DNA of 63,330 nt, filler included, from Hyphochytrium catenoides (taxonomy: Eukaryota; Protista; Hyphochytriomycota), in NCBI GenBank assembly GCA_900088475.1. It is 10 parts of 10 records of this genome, joined end to end, with 100 filler letters (N's around TTAATTAATTAA, not from the genome) between each part and the next. Parts side by side here need not be neighbours in the genome. Positions count along the whole stretch, not along the records: positions 1 to 1,557 come from FLMG01004716.1; positions 1,658 to 18,760 come from FLMG01002696.1; 8 more parts are not named here. One strand, given 5' to 3'. Positions 1 to 13,825 of this stretch are shown one piece after another (position 1 is the stretch's first letter; the number at the start of each line of letters is the position of its first letter). The position numbers and the translations under genes are program-made. Below the pieces are notes generated by a model. That model was not told the origin of the DNA and did not search any database. It saw nothing but the letters and a program-made list of their open reading frames with translations.

Positions 1-279
1 GAGAGAGAGAGAGAGAGAGAGACCGGAGAGAAAGGAAAGGAGAGAGATATTGAAGAGAGAGAAAAGAGGAACATGTTAGTGAGAAAAGAACGAGAAGAGA
101 GATACGACGCTTGGCGGCTTAGCTAGGGAAAGAAAAGAGCTCTACAAGGAACAAACAAAGAGAACATCACGAGAGAGACTCGAGACAGAGAGAGAGAGAA
201 GGAGAAAGTAAGGAGAGAAAATAGAAGAGAGAAGAGAAAGAGGGGAAGAGAGAGAGAGAGAGAAACAATAAAGCAATTA

Positions 280-590
280 CCTCTTCCCATAGTGTTGGGC
301 GTTATCGAGAAGCATGGGAAAAAGGGAATGTGCTTGTGACAAAGCTGTTTCCAGTTGGAGAGAGAGGGATGAAGCTGCAACTCTCTCTCTTCCCTTTCCA
401 TACTTTCTCCCTCGGGAAGANNNNNNNNNNNNNNNNNNNNNNNNNNNNNNNNNAGAGAGAGAGAGAGAGAAAGGAGAGAGAGAGAGAAAGTGTCAGACGG
501 GGAAGAGAGAGAGGGGTAGAGGGGAGAGAGACAGAGAGAGAGAGAGAGACAGAGGGAGAGAGAATGCTGTACGAGAGGATGAGAGAGGGT

Positions 591-630
<40 letters not shown>

Positions 631-817
631 CACACATAAGGAGGAAAGAAGCGGGGCGAGATAGAGTGAGGGAGAGAAACCACAGGTAGAAGAAGAAAGA
701 GACAGGAGAGAGAGAGAGAGATTGCGTGCCCCACCATCCGCGCGCAACCTCTTCCTTGTTCAAGAAAAGAAAGATCCCTGCGACCAGTTCTCCAGGTAAA
801 GCGTCGAGAGGGTCCAT
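280..817 (-). CDS. Possible F-box protein, fragment (multi-exon, gapped)
   Basis: ATG at 817 gives MDPLDALPGELVAGIFLFLNKEEVARG, resembling the F-box pattern L..LP.E....IF..L. A further probable exon at about 280-420 (HPSLSNWKQLCHKH) ends in a GTAATT donor. The rest of the gene is unresolved. Confidence 0.35.
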
Positions 818-1557
818 ACGTCTGCCGCCTTCTTCCGCCCAAGCAAGCGGAAGAGCCTCTCTCTCACGTTCTGAGGCCTGCTCTCTCTCTCTTTCTCTTC
901 TCTCTGTTCTCTCTTGCTCTCCACTTGTCTCTTCTCTCTCCTCTGGCCGTGGAGCCCAGTCCACGCTCTCTCTCCCGTCTGCTCCTGTCTCTTCGCTGAG
1001 TTTGAGTCTGGACTGGCCCCAGAAAGGCTCTCTTCTTCCGTTGTCCATCGTCCTTGAGAGAATCACGGAAAGAAATGCTCCCACGACTTGAACTCTCTTC
1101 TTTTCTCTCTCTCTCCCTGTGTCTCTCTCTTTTCTTCTCTCTCTCTCTCTCAGCCCACTCTTTCCTCTCTCTTTTCCTCTTTCTCTCCTCTTTGCCCAGC
1201 TTTGCGCTGCTTCCCCAGTTCCAAGCGTTATGTGTCCTTGATTCTCTGGACTGTTGAAGATCCAGGAGCTGCTTAAGGGGAGAGGCAAAAGGAGGAGAGA
1301 GAAACAGAAGAGAGAACGACGCCAGGCACAAAGCCTTACAGAACTTTGTGGCATGGGAGCGAGAGATAGTGAGAAAGGAGAGAGAAGAGAGATAAGAAGA
1401 GAGGGAAGGTAAGCCAAAGGGAGAAGACAATCTTTCTGATGGCAGATTACCATCCTCGTACCTTGTGCAACTATAAGAACTGATCAGACACAGGAAGAGG
1501 AAGAAGAGAGAACAGAGAAAGAGGGAAAGAAAGAAAGAGAGAGAGAGAGAGAGAGAG

Positions 1558-1657
1558 NNNNNNNNNNNNNNNNNNNNNNNNNNNNNNNNNNNNNNNNNNN
1601 NTTAATTAATTAANNNNNNNNNNNNNNNNNNNNNNNNNNNNNNNNNNNNNNNNNNNN
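1558..1657. other. Artificial contig spacer N44-TTAATTAATTAA-N44
   Basis: Exact 100-bp construct with a TAA-rich palindromic core, repeated identically nine times in the window. Confidence 0.97.
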
Positions 1658-1967
1658 GAAGGTGGGCAGAGTAGTGCCCCTTACGCCGGTGCTGCTGCTG
1701 CACTACTGACCGACCTTCCTTGAAGGGCAGCAGCTGGCGATAGGCAGTGTCATTGAAGCGTCTAGCCACTGCTAGAGGAGGCGGTGCTCGATAGTGCCTG
1801 TCTCCCGGAAGATCATACACTATCATCGTCTTAGGACAAGGTAGCGTGTGGGGGCAAGCTAGCGGAGGGTGGCATCGGGAAGGAAGATTAGCAGATCAGT
1901 ATATCTGCGGCGGGTGCTAAGAGGAACGCCCATTGTTACCGCACTGAGAGCAGGCATATAGTGAGGC

Positions 1968-4900
1968 ATGATTGTCATATCGGCGGACGATGCGAAAGGG
2001 ATTCGTGCATGGGACCTACGAGGAGAAGATGCTGGTAACAATAGTAGTAGCCTAAAGATTCTAGAAGGTAGCGCCCCTCAGCAGGGTATCATCCGGGTCC
2101 TCGCTATCTCCTCTGATGCGAGAACGCTTGTTTCTATTGACGATGCGACGATCCGCGTGTGGGATGTGGAAGTGTGGGAGTGCCACACCACCATCGAGAG
2201 CCAAAGTATCGCAAAGAATGGTGTATGGACCGTGGCAGTCTCGGCAGATTGCAAGTACCTCGTGTCAGGCTCTACCGCCAGGCAAGAGGATGGTGGGTTT
2301 CTTAGTGTCTGGGACCTTACAGCCCAGTATTGCGTCAGAACTTTCTGGGGTGAGGCGTCCACTCCTGTCTCCAAAGTGGCCATCTCTGCAGATTGTAAGA
2401 CGGTGGTAGCTTTAGGCTTCTTCTTAGATAACACCGCCTATGTCTGGGATATAGAGACCGGATCCTGTCGAAGAAAACTGGCGAACTTCGCACGTGGCGG
2501 AGTTAATCTGGCGCTCACACCTTGCGGCAAGCTGCTCTCATCATGCGACAAGTCCATCAGTCTCTGGAATTTGGGCGCTGGTAAGTGCGTCAAGACATTT
2601 GTAGGGCACAATGGACCGATCAATAGCATGGCGATCTCCAGCAATGGAAAGTATATGGTCTCCGGCTCTTTTGACCTGACTATTCGCGTGTGGGATCTGG
2701 AGTCGGGCGCCTGCCAAAAGACGCTCCAGGCCTACGAAAGTGGGCTTTGCAGCCTGTCAATTTCTCCTGATGGAAGTAGAGTGATTTCTAGCGCTCTCAA
2801 CGGAGCGATTCGTGCTTGGGATGTGCCAACCACGCTTTGCTTGAGGACCATCTTCACAGGAACAAGAGGCACCTGCCACTTAGCATTGGTTAGCTGGTCC
2901 CAACTTCCCCAGCAAGAGGTCTTCAGGACGGCGGCAGGGCCTACTTCTTCTGGAGGAAACAAGGAAGAAGATACTCATCGCCTGGCTGAGGCAGAAGAGC
3001 GGCGCAAAGCTCGCATGCTCTATTGGTCCCTGTTGAAGGATGGTACGCTACATCGAAATGCAGGTGGTGGTGCGGGATATGAGCCTCTTCTGACAACCAC
3101 GAAGGAGGTGCTCGAGAAGATAGAGGTAGCGGTATTAGTTCCAAGCCTCAGCAAGACTCTAGAGCAGATGACATTGCTCGAACGAAAGCTTGACAGCAAT
3201 GCAGCAGCTCTTTTGAAGCTCGATCGCCAAGTCGCGCGTTTGTCGGCGGTTTCTCGGAACTCCCCGAGAGCCCATGAGGTGCTTCAAGAGAGAAACGATA
3301 GACGCAACGAGCTCTTAAACTCTCTCCAAGAGCAGCTCGATATGCTTCAGTCAAAGAAAGAGCTGAATATGGGGAGGCGGCAAATCAGGAAAAAAGTGAA
3401 GTCAATGATATTGTCTTCTTCGCCCATCGCGGAAGGTCTCCTGCTTCCAGAGCACGAGGCTTCGAACAAGGAAGCGGTAGGCAATTTGCACCCTTTTTGA
3501 TTCTTTCAGATACTCTCAGACGGCGGTGAATAAGATGAGTCTAACAGCAGCCTGTACCTTTCTTCTGCTTCTGCTGTTCGCAGGACCCAACAGTTCGAGA
3601 CCTCGACGAGGACATAGTAGAGCCCTTTAATCGGCTGTTAGTCAACCTTGTCAAAAGTATACTTCCGAAGATTGAGACATTGACAGCTCTTTCTGAGGAG
3701 ATCAACGCCTGGCAGGAACGACAACCCAAACTGCAGGAATTTTCTTGGTACTCTTTGTTGCTGTCATTGCCGCCTGACTTGCTAAACATGTCGGAGACTG
3801 TTGTCCGTCACGAACGGCTCAACAAGGAATTGACTGAAGAGACTACTTCTTATCGAACGAGCCTCGAACTCACGCATGCAGCCATCAAAGCTTACCTCTT
3901 GAAGCTGCGTGAGGCTGTAGAAGCAGAGGACTTCCTCTTTGATCAAGGCCAGCTTGATGCTGAGATTATGGAGGTCCAGACCAGCATCCAGCACTGGAAA
4001 GACATAATAGCACTTGGAACTTCCGCTGTGCAAGCGAAGACAGAAAAGCGAGAGCTGGACGTGCAGATCAAGGCTGCGCGACATGCCTTGAAGCGCTTAA
4101 CCGTTGAGAAAGACATTGCAGAAGATAATGACGAAGATGGCTTGGCCAAGCGCCTTCAATCTCTCGAGTTAGAAAGGAAGACGGAGCTTAACGGTCTTTA
4201 TGACAGGGTAGCACCCTTACTGGAAGTTCTGTCTGACAAGAGGCTAGTCGAATATTTCCCGGAGCTGCTGATAGAAGACAAAAGCCCTGTTCATGCTTCT
4301 AGCGCGATCAATGGAGCTTCAAAGATCATTGACATGCACGTCCGCATCAAGGACTACGAAGCTGTAGAAGGCTTTCCTCTGCATCACAGTGCCAGTCATA
4401 CCAATGTCCAGATCATGAAGGACCCTGACGGCCAACTATGCGTTGTCAAGAAGCTTGTAGGGAGAAAGGAGTTCAGGAAGGAGGCAGAGAGGCTTCACTT
4501 ACTGCGCCATCCGCTCATCGTCCCTCTTCAGCGAATCTTTCTTGATGACAAGGACCCCGAGTCAATCTGCTACATTCAATTGCCATTCTTCAGTAAGGGT
4601 AACGTCCGTCCTTGGGTTTTGCGGATGCAGGACCATACTAGGCGCTTTGGCAAGTTCCAGGAAGGGGTCGAGTGGCTCGAAGTGCAGAATACCTTCCGCC
4701 AGCTTGTCCAGGCTTTGGCTCACATCCATGCCAAGGGAATTGTACACCGTGACCTTAAGCCTGAGAACATCTTGCTGGCAGACTCCGGAAGGATCGCGCT
4801 TTGCGACTTTGGAATCAGCTCAGACGTCGGTCATGTTTTTAGTGCAACCACAACGATGCGAGGGGCCATGACATTGGGCTATGGAGCTCCTGAAGTCTTT

Positions 4901-6631
4901 ACTGGTGGTTGGAGAGATCATCCCTTCGCTGTGGATATGTGGTCTTTGGGCTGTATGATGCTGGAGCTTCTCCTACCACTCCTGCGGACTCGCTTGCCAC
5001 ACATGTTTCGTGACGCAGTAGTGATGCTGGCTGTCGTAGACCCAGAGAGCATTAACTGGCACTCGTTGGCGGATTCTTTTGAAGACGTGCACATGAAGGC
5101 CTACGTGCGAGTATCTTCCCAGCTCTTGCATCTCAAGCCCGAAGAGCGCCCAACTGCTCAAGAGCTTCTGCAGGACGATCTGTTTACACAGGTGTATCCA
5201 AAGTATGACCCCTTGGCCAAGATCAACTCAATCATGAGAAACTTGTCGAAGTGTCGGAGAAAAGGTTCCCCTACTATCCGCGTAACCATTGGCAATGCCC
5301 ACCACCCAGAGGAGGCAAATCATGATGATGATGTTCTCTGCCGGAGTCTGTTGCAGGTCTTCTCCAGCTTAAAAGACGTCCACAGTGCTATTGAAGTTGT
5401 GGCTTCTGATGGTGTACGGCGGCCTTTAGCAGAGGTGATGGAGAGGTTTTTCAATCAGATCGTGCTTCCAAAGTACGGCCTCTTCACCCAAAGACTTTCT
5501 CCTGGAGACGCTAGCGAAAAGGAACCAGCGGAAGAAGGAATTGGGGCTGCTAGAGCCGACCATGCATACCTGCCCGCTCCTACTACCGGAAATCCTGATG
5601 ACTTTTATGCGGTAGGACTGATGATGGCCAAGTGCCTTCTAGAAGGGATCCGGATGCCCATCGTGCTAAATACGTCCTCCTTGGATTACCTCCTTGGCCA
5701 CACACAACAGCCTACGAGCGTAGATCTTTGCTTGGCTTATTTGTCCGAGACCGACAAGGACGAGACATCTCTCTACCGAAACATTCTGCGAGGCAGGCAG
5801 AATGCGATCGAGTACGCATACTCAGTTGGCGCACTGACGGGGTCAGAGTCCGAGCAATATCTCACTGACGAGAACAAGACGAGTGTCATACGTGAGGCGA
5901 TATGGAATAAGCTTGTACGAAGCAGAGCCGCCAGTTTGCAGAAGCTGCGAGAGGGCTTTGGAAAACTGGAAATGGCTGCGGAGCTGCAACTCGTGACAGG
6001 CAAAGAGCTGCACTTTCTCTTCTATGGGACTGACTTTCTTGATCTTAGTGAGCTTCGAAGCTCACTTCACTTCATCGAAGACACTTGGCCGGATAAGAAA
6101 GTGATGAAAAAGCTTCAAGCCTGGCTGAAAGAGTGGCTCTTCTACGTCTCGGATCTGACTTTGCGGCTCCTCGCCTTCAGGTCGTTTGGCCATCTGGTGA
6201 CTCAATGGTCCTCGGAACGCCACCGCATCTCTATCGTACCAAGCGCAGACGAACAGGTTCACTTTGTAGCTGAGGCGCAAGTGATTCAGCTTCCCGCTAC
6301 CTGTGCCTGTTATGAGGCCCTGGACATAAAGCTGCGAGATGAGCTGTTCATAGGCGAAGGAGGATTGAAGAGCTCCTTCGAGAGACGAGCTCAGGTCTCT
6401 CAAGAGGAAATAGCCAAAGTAGTGGCTGCTATGAGGTCGGAGATACGTGCTGGGGGCTGGTTCCGCTGTCCCAACGGCCACTTGTATGCAGTCGGGAACT
6501 GTGGTGCCCCAATAGAGCGGACCAAATGCCCTGAATGCCAGGCAAACATAGGAGGTCAAAGTCATAGAGCGGAAGCCGGTAATGTCCATGCCAATGTAGA
6601 TGAATCCACAGCTCCCGCCTATCCTCAGTAG
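1968..6631 (+). CDS. WD40 repeats + coiled coil + Ser/Thr protein kinase + HECT-like domain + RZ-type zinc finger (~1518 aa; exons 1968-3476 and 3584-6631)
   Basis: ORFs 1968..3500 and 3680..6631 join in frame through a 107-bp phase-0 intron at 3477-3583 (GTAGGC donor, CTAAC branch site at 3541, pyrimidine tract, CAG). WD40: FVGHNGPINSMAISSNGKYMVSGSFDLTIRVWD. Kinase: VVKK, HRDLKPEN, DFG, GYGAPE, DMWSLGC. HECT-like: FFNQIVLPKYGLF, FYAVGLMMAKCLLEG, LTDENK, LREGF, ELHFLFYG. RZ: WFRCPNGHLYAVGNCGAPIERTKCPECQANIGGQSH. The start codon is uncertain. Confidence 0.88.
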
Positions 6632-7440
6632 TAGCAGCCTTCTTCCTCCATCTTCCGATACACTTCTATTAATTGCACAGTAATAGCTGCTGCTGCAAAC
6701 ATTTGCTGCAGCTATTGGTGATCCTCCTCAGCATTATGGAGCCTCGCAGCTAATGAATATGCCTCGTCTACAAGTCGTTGCACTGCCCTACTAGCTTGCG
6801 TCGTGAGACCAGCAAATCACGTGTTCATGCTAAATCTGACAAACCAGGAGGAAGCTTAGAGCATTCCTGTCTAGAGATGGCCACCGCAAGGTTCGTGTGA
6901 AGAAGATCACAGGTGACAAACATGTTTGGACGGACCTTGTCTTAGCACTCGAACACTGCGGCCGCCTGTCTCTTCTGTTTAACAATCGCACTATAAACCT
7001 GGTCGTCAATCATTTGTGGCTATCTCCGCAGCGAGGACGCCCGATCGTAGATTATGAAGAACGTTTCCAAGAAGGGAAAGGGTAGAAAGGCACTGGCGAA
7101 CCTAGCAAACTACGCACTGACGGCCGAAGAGATAACCAAGGACATGACCTTCTCATACCGGTAGAGAGTAGGAGCGGGGAAGATTGATAAAGGAGAATTG
7201 ATACCTTGTAAGCACTAACTAATAAGCAGAGTCTAACTTGCAGAATATTGTTAACTCTCGCGTTTATTATTAGAAAAAGCTTTTGCTGAGACTCTGATCA
7301 CTAGTCTTACATATGAGAAAGGAATGCATGGAATGTCAGTCAGTAGTGGAGATGCTGTCTTCTTCTATCGTCAAACACATAGCATAGAGAGGGGGATAAG
7401 GTGTCTGTTGGTTTTGAAAAGATTGAGAAAGGATATACAC

Positions 7441-9452
<2,012 letters not shown>

Positions 9453-11040
9453 TATTTCTAGAGTCTGCAGGGATGAGCTGCGGTCCTAAAGCTCTGGAGC
9501 TTCCTGTCCGGTCGTGAGTTGAGGCAAGGAAATTGGATAATGAAGCTGAGATCTGAAGGCCCTACCTCTGACGCTGCGTGTAGGCGAGATGGAACAGGGA
9601 ACCGAGAAGGGAGAGGAAAGCAGAGACTAGTCGTGCTGGAAGCTGGAAACAACCTACACGCCGTAGCTGGGGCCATGTCTTTGACTTCCACGCCGTCGAG
9701 AGAGAGTAGAGATGTACCAAGACAGGAAAAGCCTGAGGACAGCGCACTATTGATGGCCAGCTGTCTTGTCATGATGTTTGACTACTGGATACCTTGCTGA
9801 CTCCTGGTATCAGAATGGAAGAGGGCGTGCACCGCTTCACTGGATTCTCTCTTAGGCGCACTCTAGTCATCAAACTGAGGAGGGAGCAGAGGACTGACAG
9901 AGGCACAAGCACGAGTCGCTTCCACGCTTTCTTTCTGGCCTTCTCCTGATCTTCGCAGTGTCAGCCCTTCACACAGCATTGGACTAGAGGCTCAGCCAGG
10001 CGAGCGAGCGGGGCGTTGAACTTGAACTTCAAGTGACCAAATAAACTTGTTGACCGCGCGGCCGCTGTGGGGCTGTGGCCCAGGACTCAGAGATCGTAAC
10101 ATAACTCTATCGGACATCAGGCTAACTAAGCCGAGGGAGGGAGAGAGAGAGAGGGGAGAGGCAGAGTGAGGAGACGTAGGAAAGAGCCTCAAGTGAGGCT
10201 CACAGTCACTGCAAATGAGTTTTCTTCGCCTGTCTCTCTTCCCTATGCTCTGTCTGTAGCGGCCACATCATTGCTCTTAGGCGTTCAAAGTGAAGCACTA
10301 ACCTTGTCTCTCTCTCTCTCTCCCTCTCTCTTGACTCTCTCTCCCTCTGTCTCTCACCCTCCTTCTTCTCGCCGTTCTTATTGGCTCTCTTAAACGTTTC
10401 TCCTCGATTATTTCTCTCTCTCCTCTCTCTCGCTCTCTCGCTCTCTCTCTCTCTCTCTCTTTCTCTCTTTCTCTCTTTCTCTCTCTCCTCTCGCCTCATC
10501 CTTCATAATAATACTCCCTTCGGTGCACGACCATTCTGCCTCTTTTCTCTATTGTCACCCTCGTCTTCCCAGGAAAGCTAAAGTAGTAGTAATAATTAAA
10601 GACCTATTTTCTCTTTTATTGGGCGGAGTTTGGTCCTTGACCTGTGCCCGCCATCCGGTTCTAAATCCTCTGGTACTAAACCTATGTCCAAATAGAACTG
10701 GTGGAACCATTATCTTCGGACATTATTTCAGGTGTGAGGTGGTCACGTTAGGCATATTACTATCACCAAACACCGTTTAGAACTATTGACAAACGCTTGA
10801 TATTTTGGGTACGGCTACTTCGGTATCTTAGGGCTAAGAATGACTAAGAAAGGCGATCTGGCCGCTGATTGGACGGGAAGTATCTTTTTGATTGACCAGC
10901 GCTGGAGCGTGCGCCGGTGCAGTGCACTGGAGAGAGGAGAAGAGAGAGAGACTGCGATTGGAGGATAGCAAGAGAGAGAAAGAGAGAGAAAAAGAGAGAA
11001 AGAGAGGGAGAGGGAGGGAGAGAGAGAGAGAAAGAGCGAA

Positions 11041-11074
<34 letters not shown>

Positions 11075-11626
11075 AGAGAGAGAGANNNNNNNNNNNNNNN
11101 NNNNNNNNNNNNNNNNNNNNNNNGCTGGGTGGGCACACAGAGACGGGTGGGTTAACAGGACTTGTAACTCCCAATTGTGCGTACGACGTCGTTTTTATCT
11201 GGACACAGGTAAACTATACTTGAACTCGGAGAGTTGTACCCCGAGGTACAATGCTGGTTACCGTAACTCGCCTTTTATCTCCTTTTTGAGCTTCAGTTCA
11301 AGGTACATCTTAGGGAATTCTACTCCCTCTCACAGTAAAAAAAGGGAATATGTCCGCTGGGTTTCACTTGGTCTTCTACCTCTCCGAAAGTAAAATCTAC
11401 ACTGCATCAGTTCGACGTAGGCAAATCAAGGGAACTGATAAGATACGGGAACGATGGGGTATCCTAGTTAATAAGTATACGCGTAGAATCTTCTACCTTC
11501 GGCAGAAAGTAAGTTTTCTTGCTGCTCGCGGGCAGATCCCTCAAATCTCGGTCTCTGACGTCTGGAAGACGATGCTGACAGAGATCTAACAGAGATTTAG
11601 TAGCATTTCTCAACATTATTGGCCCC

Positions 11627-11745
11627 AGCTATTAGTTTAGAGACTGGAGACGAGGCCGCCGCAAGCTATTATCTTAGAGTTCTCCAGACTGAAGACGAGG
11701 CCGCAAGCTATTACATTTGAGTTTTCTAGAGTGAGGACGAGGCCG
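11627..11745. repeat. Imperfect tandem repeat, about 3 units of ~40 bp
   Basis: AGCTATTA...AGAG...GACGAGGCCG recurs three times. Confidence 0.7.
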
Positions 11746-13825
11746 AGGAAGGGCCGATCCCTTGGTTCTAACGGCTCAAACAGACGCTGGAGATGTGTGG
11801 GCTCTGCAGGCTACCAGGCCCCTACTACGAGGCCTACATGCCCGTCTGCTGCTGCTGCTGCTGGGCTTGCTGTCCTCATCCAGCCGCCAGGAGAGAAGTT
11901 ACAAGCAACCAAATGACATGAGGACCAAGGTCGATGATCGATATAAGAGTCCTCCTTCAGCTTACTAAGTTCTTCTTCACTGTCAATACTCTCTCCTCTA
12001 TCACCATCCACGTCGATCTCAAGCTCAGTACTTTTGACCGCGTGTCGGGGCCCACCATGATGATGGATAACTATTTATGCCGGGTAGTGGAAGGGCACTT
12101 ACACCACAAAGTAATAGCATTGACAACTATAGTACGTTTTATAGACTTCGTTCAATGGCTCTTGTTTAGCGTCCGCGTCTGAATGATCTCTACTTCGATA
12201 TGCACGGCGTGTGCTCTCTAGACGGCACCGTAGGCGATATGAAGTCTAAGTGAAGTTAAAAATACCGTTGCCAAGATACTCCTAGGGATTGAAGCTCTAA
12301 AAATGTCTCTCGTGCCCCACGCTAGCGATGACCTTCTCCGTAAAGTGGGACAATTATGGGTAGACGTACCCCTTACTTTGAAGCCACGACCCACCCCATG
12401 TCCGGCACGCGCTTGACCACATTCAGATCACCTTCATATGGCCAATGGTGAGCGCACCACTGAGGAAAAAGAACGAAGCTGCGCGTCGAAGAAGCGGCCT
12501 TCGCCAGCAGCTCTCGAAGTCAAAGTCTGCTACGATAATATATGCGTGATCAAACTGATCAGGAGATAGAGGACACAAGCTTGGGAATGATGTTGCTGAT
12601 CTGGTGGTGCAACTATGTATGACAGTGAAAATCAACCAAATCTCTCTCACCCAGGAGGAGAACGAGCAATGAGAAGAGGAGAGAGGTGTTGAGAGGCACC
12701 ACTGAGAAGCGAGCACTAAGCTGCTGAGAAAGATGCACTGAGAACGTGGTGGAGAGATGTACGTCGAGGCGAGGCACTAAAGATAGAGATAAATGTAAGA
12801 ACTTGGTTGTGGGCTCCTCCGCCGTTCATCTGGTGTCTGCCGGTCCAGTTTTGAAGGCAAGGATCGGACAAATTATGCAGAGAGGAAGCGCAGCCACTTC
12901 TTGGTCGTTGCCGATGGCTTATAGAAGATGAGATGACATGCAGCCAACCTGCCTTCAGCAGCAGCATCCTATCCCACCTCAGCCGCATTCATCTTCCTAC
13001 TAATAAAACAGCTCTACAATGAAGAATTTGTCGCGGCGGAGACTCTCATTTCCTGTGCCATCATTAGCGGAGGTCGCGGAAGAAAGCTCCAAAATTCTTC
13101 AACCACGTGATCTAAGGGGAAATCTCTGAAAAGATAACTTTTCTTTGGGCCGTACTCTCTCCTCCTCTTTCCACTCCTGTGCGGAGGTATCTTTTGTTGA
13201 AGCAGCAGGACGCTTCTTCTGGCCAAGAGGGATGAAGGACTATGTGCTGCAAAAATCCATTATTGGCAGCGTAAGCGCAGATTGTTCTATTACGTGGTTC
13301 CTTCTTCCCTGTCTGTCCACGTTGCCAGAGCAAGACGTAGCTCTTTTCAGTAGACAGTTCTATCTTCCCTTCTATAGTCATCTTCCACCTAGCTCTTCGT
13401 CCTTCCCTCCTGCGCCTCCGCTACTTTGTATCTAGACTCTACGAAGGCTCACCCTCGGCAGGTCCTACCGCGCTACCCGTTACCTAGCAATCCTCCTCAC
13501 TCACTCCTTCATTATGTACTAGACAATTCCCATGTCCTCATCCTTTACTCTACGAGGTAAGCCAATCGCCAGCCACGCTCTGAGCTTTATCTGGCATCTG
13601 ATGGAAAGATCATCCACTGCTGCTATTGTCATGGTCACTTCTGTGGTTAGGCCGGGCCAGCTCTTTTAGCCTTTCAGTGGGTTTATTCTCCCATCACGGT
13701 CAGCCGAAGTGGCTTCTGCTCTTGGACCGATAAGAGAACATAGCTCTCTCTATGTTGTTGATGAGTGCTGGCTGTACCTGTTCCACCGCATCCCCTGATG
13801 CGTAAAGGCGGCCGCCATGCCTTCC

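Noticed and set aside
1959-1964. In-frame TAG TGA as a sign of stop-codon reassignment
   Set aside because: TAA, TAG and TGA all act as normal stops in other genes here (GH1, CCDC113 and the E2 respectively).
11627-11745. Repeat-spacer-like pattern considered as a CRISPR array
   Set aside because: Only about 3 degenerate units, the intervening sequences resemble each other, there are no cas genes, and the context is eukaryotic.
12423-13400. Possible third module of the membrane protein
   Set aside because: I could not build a consistent spliced reading frame.
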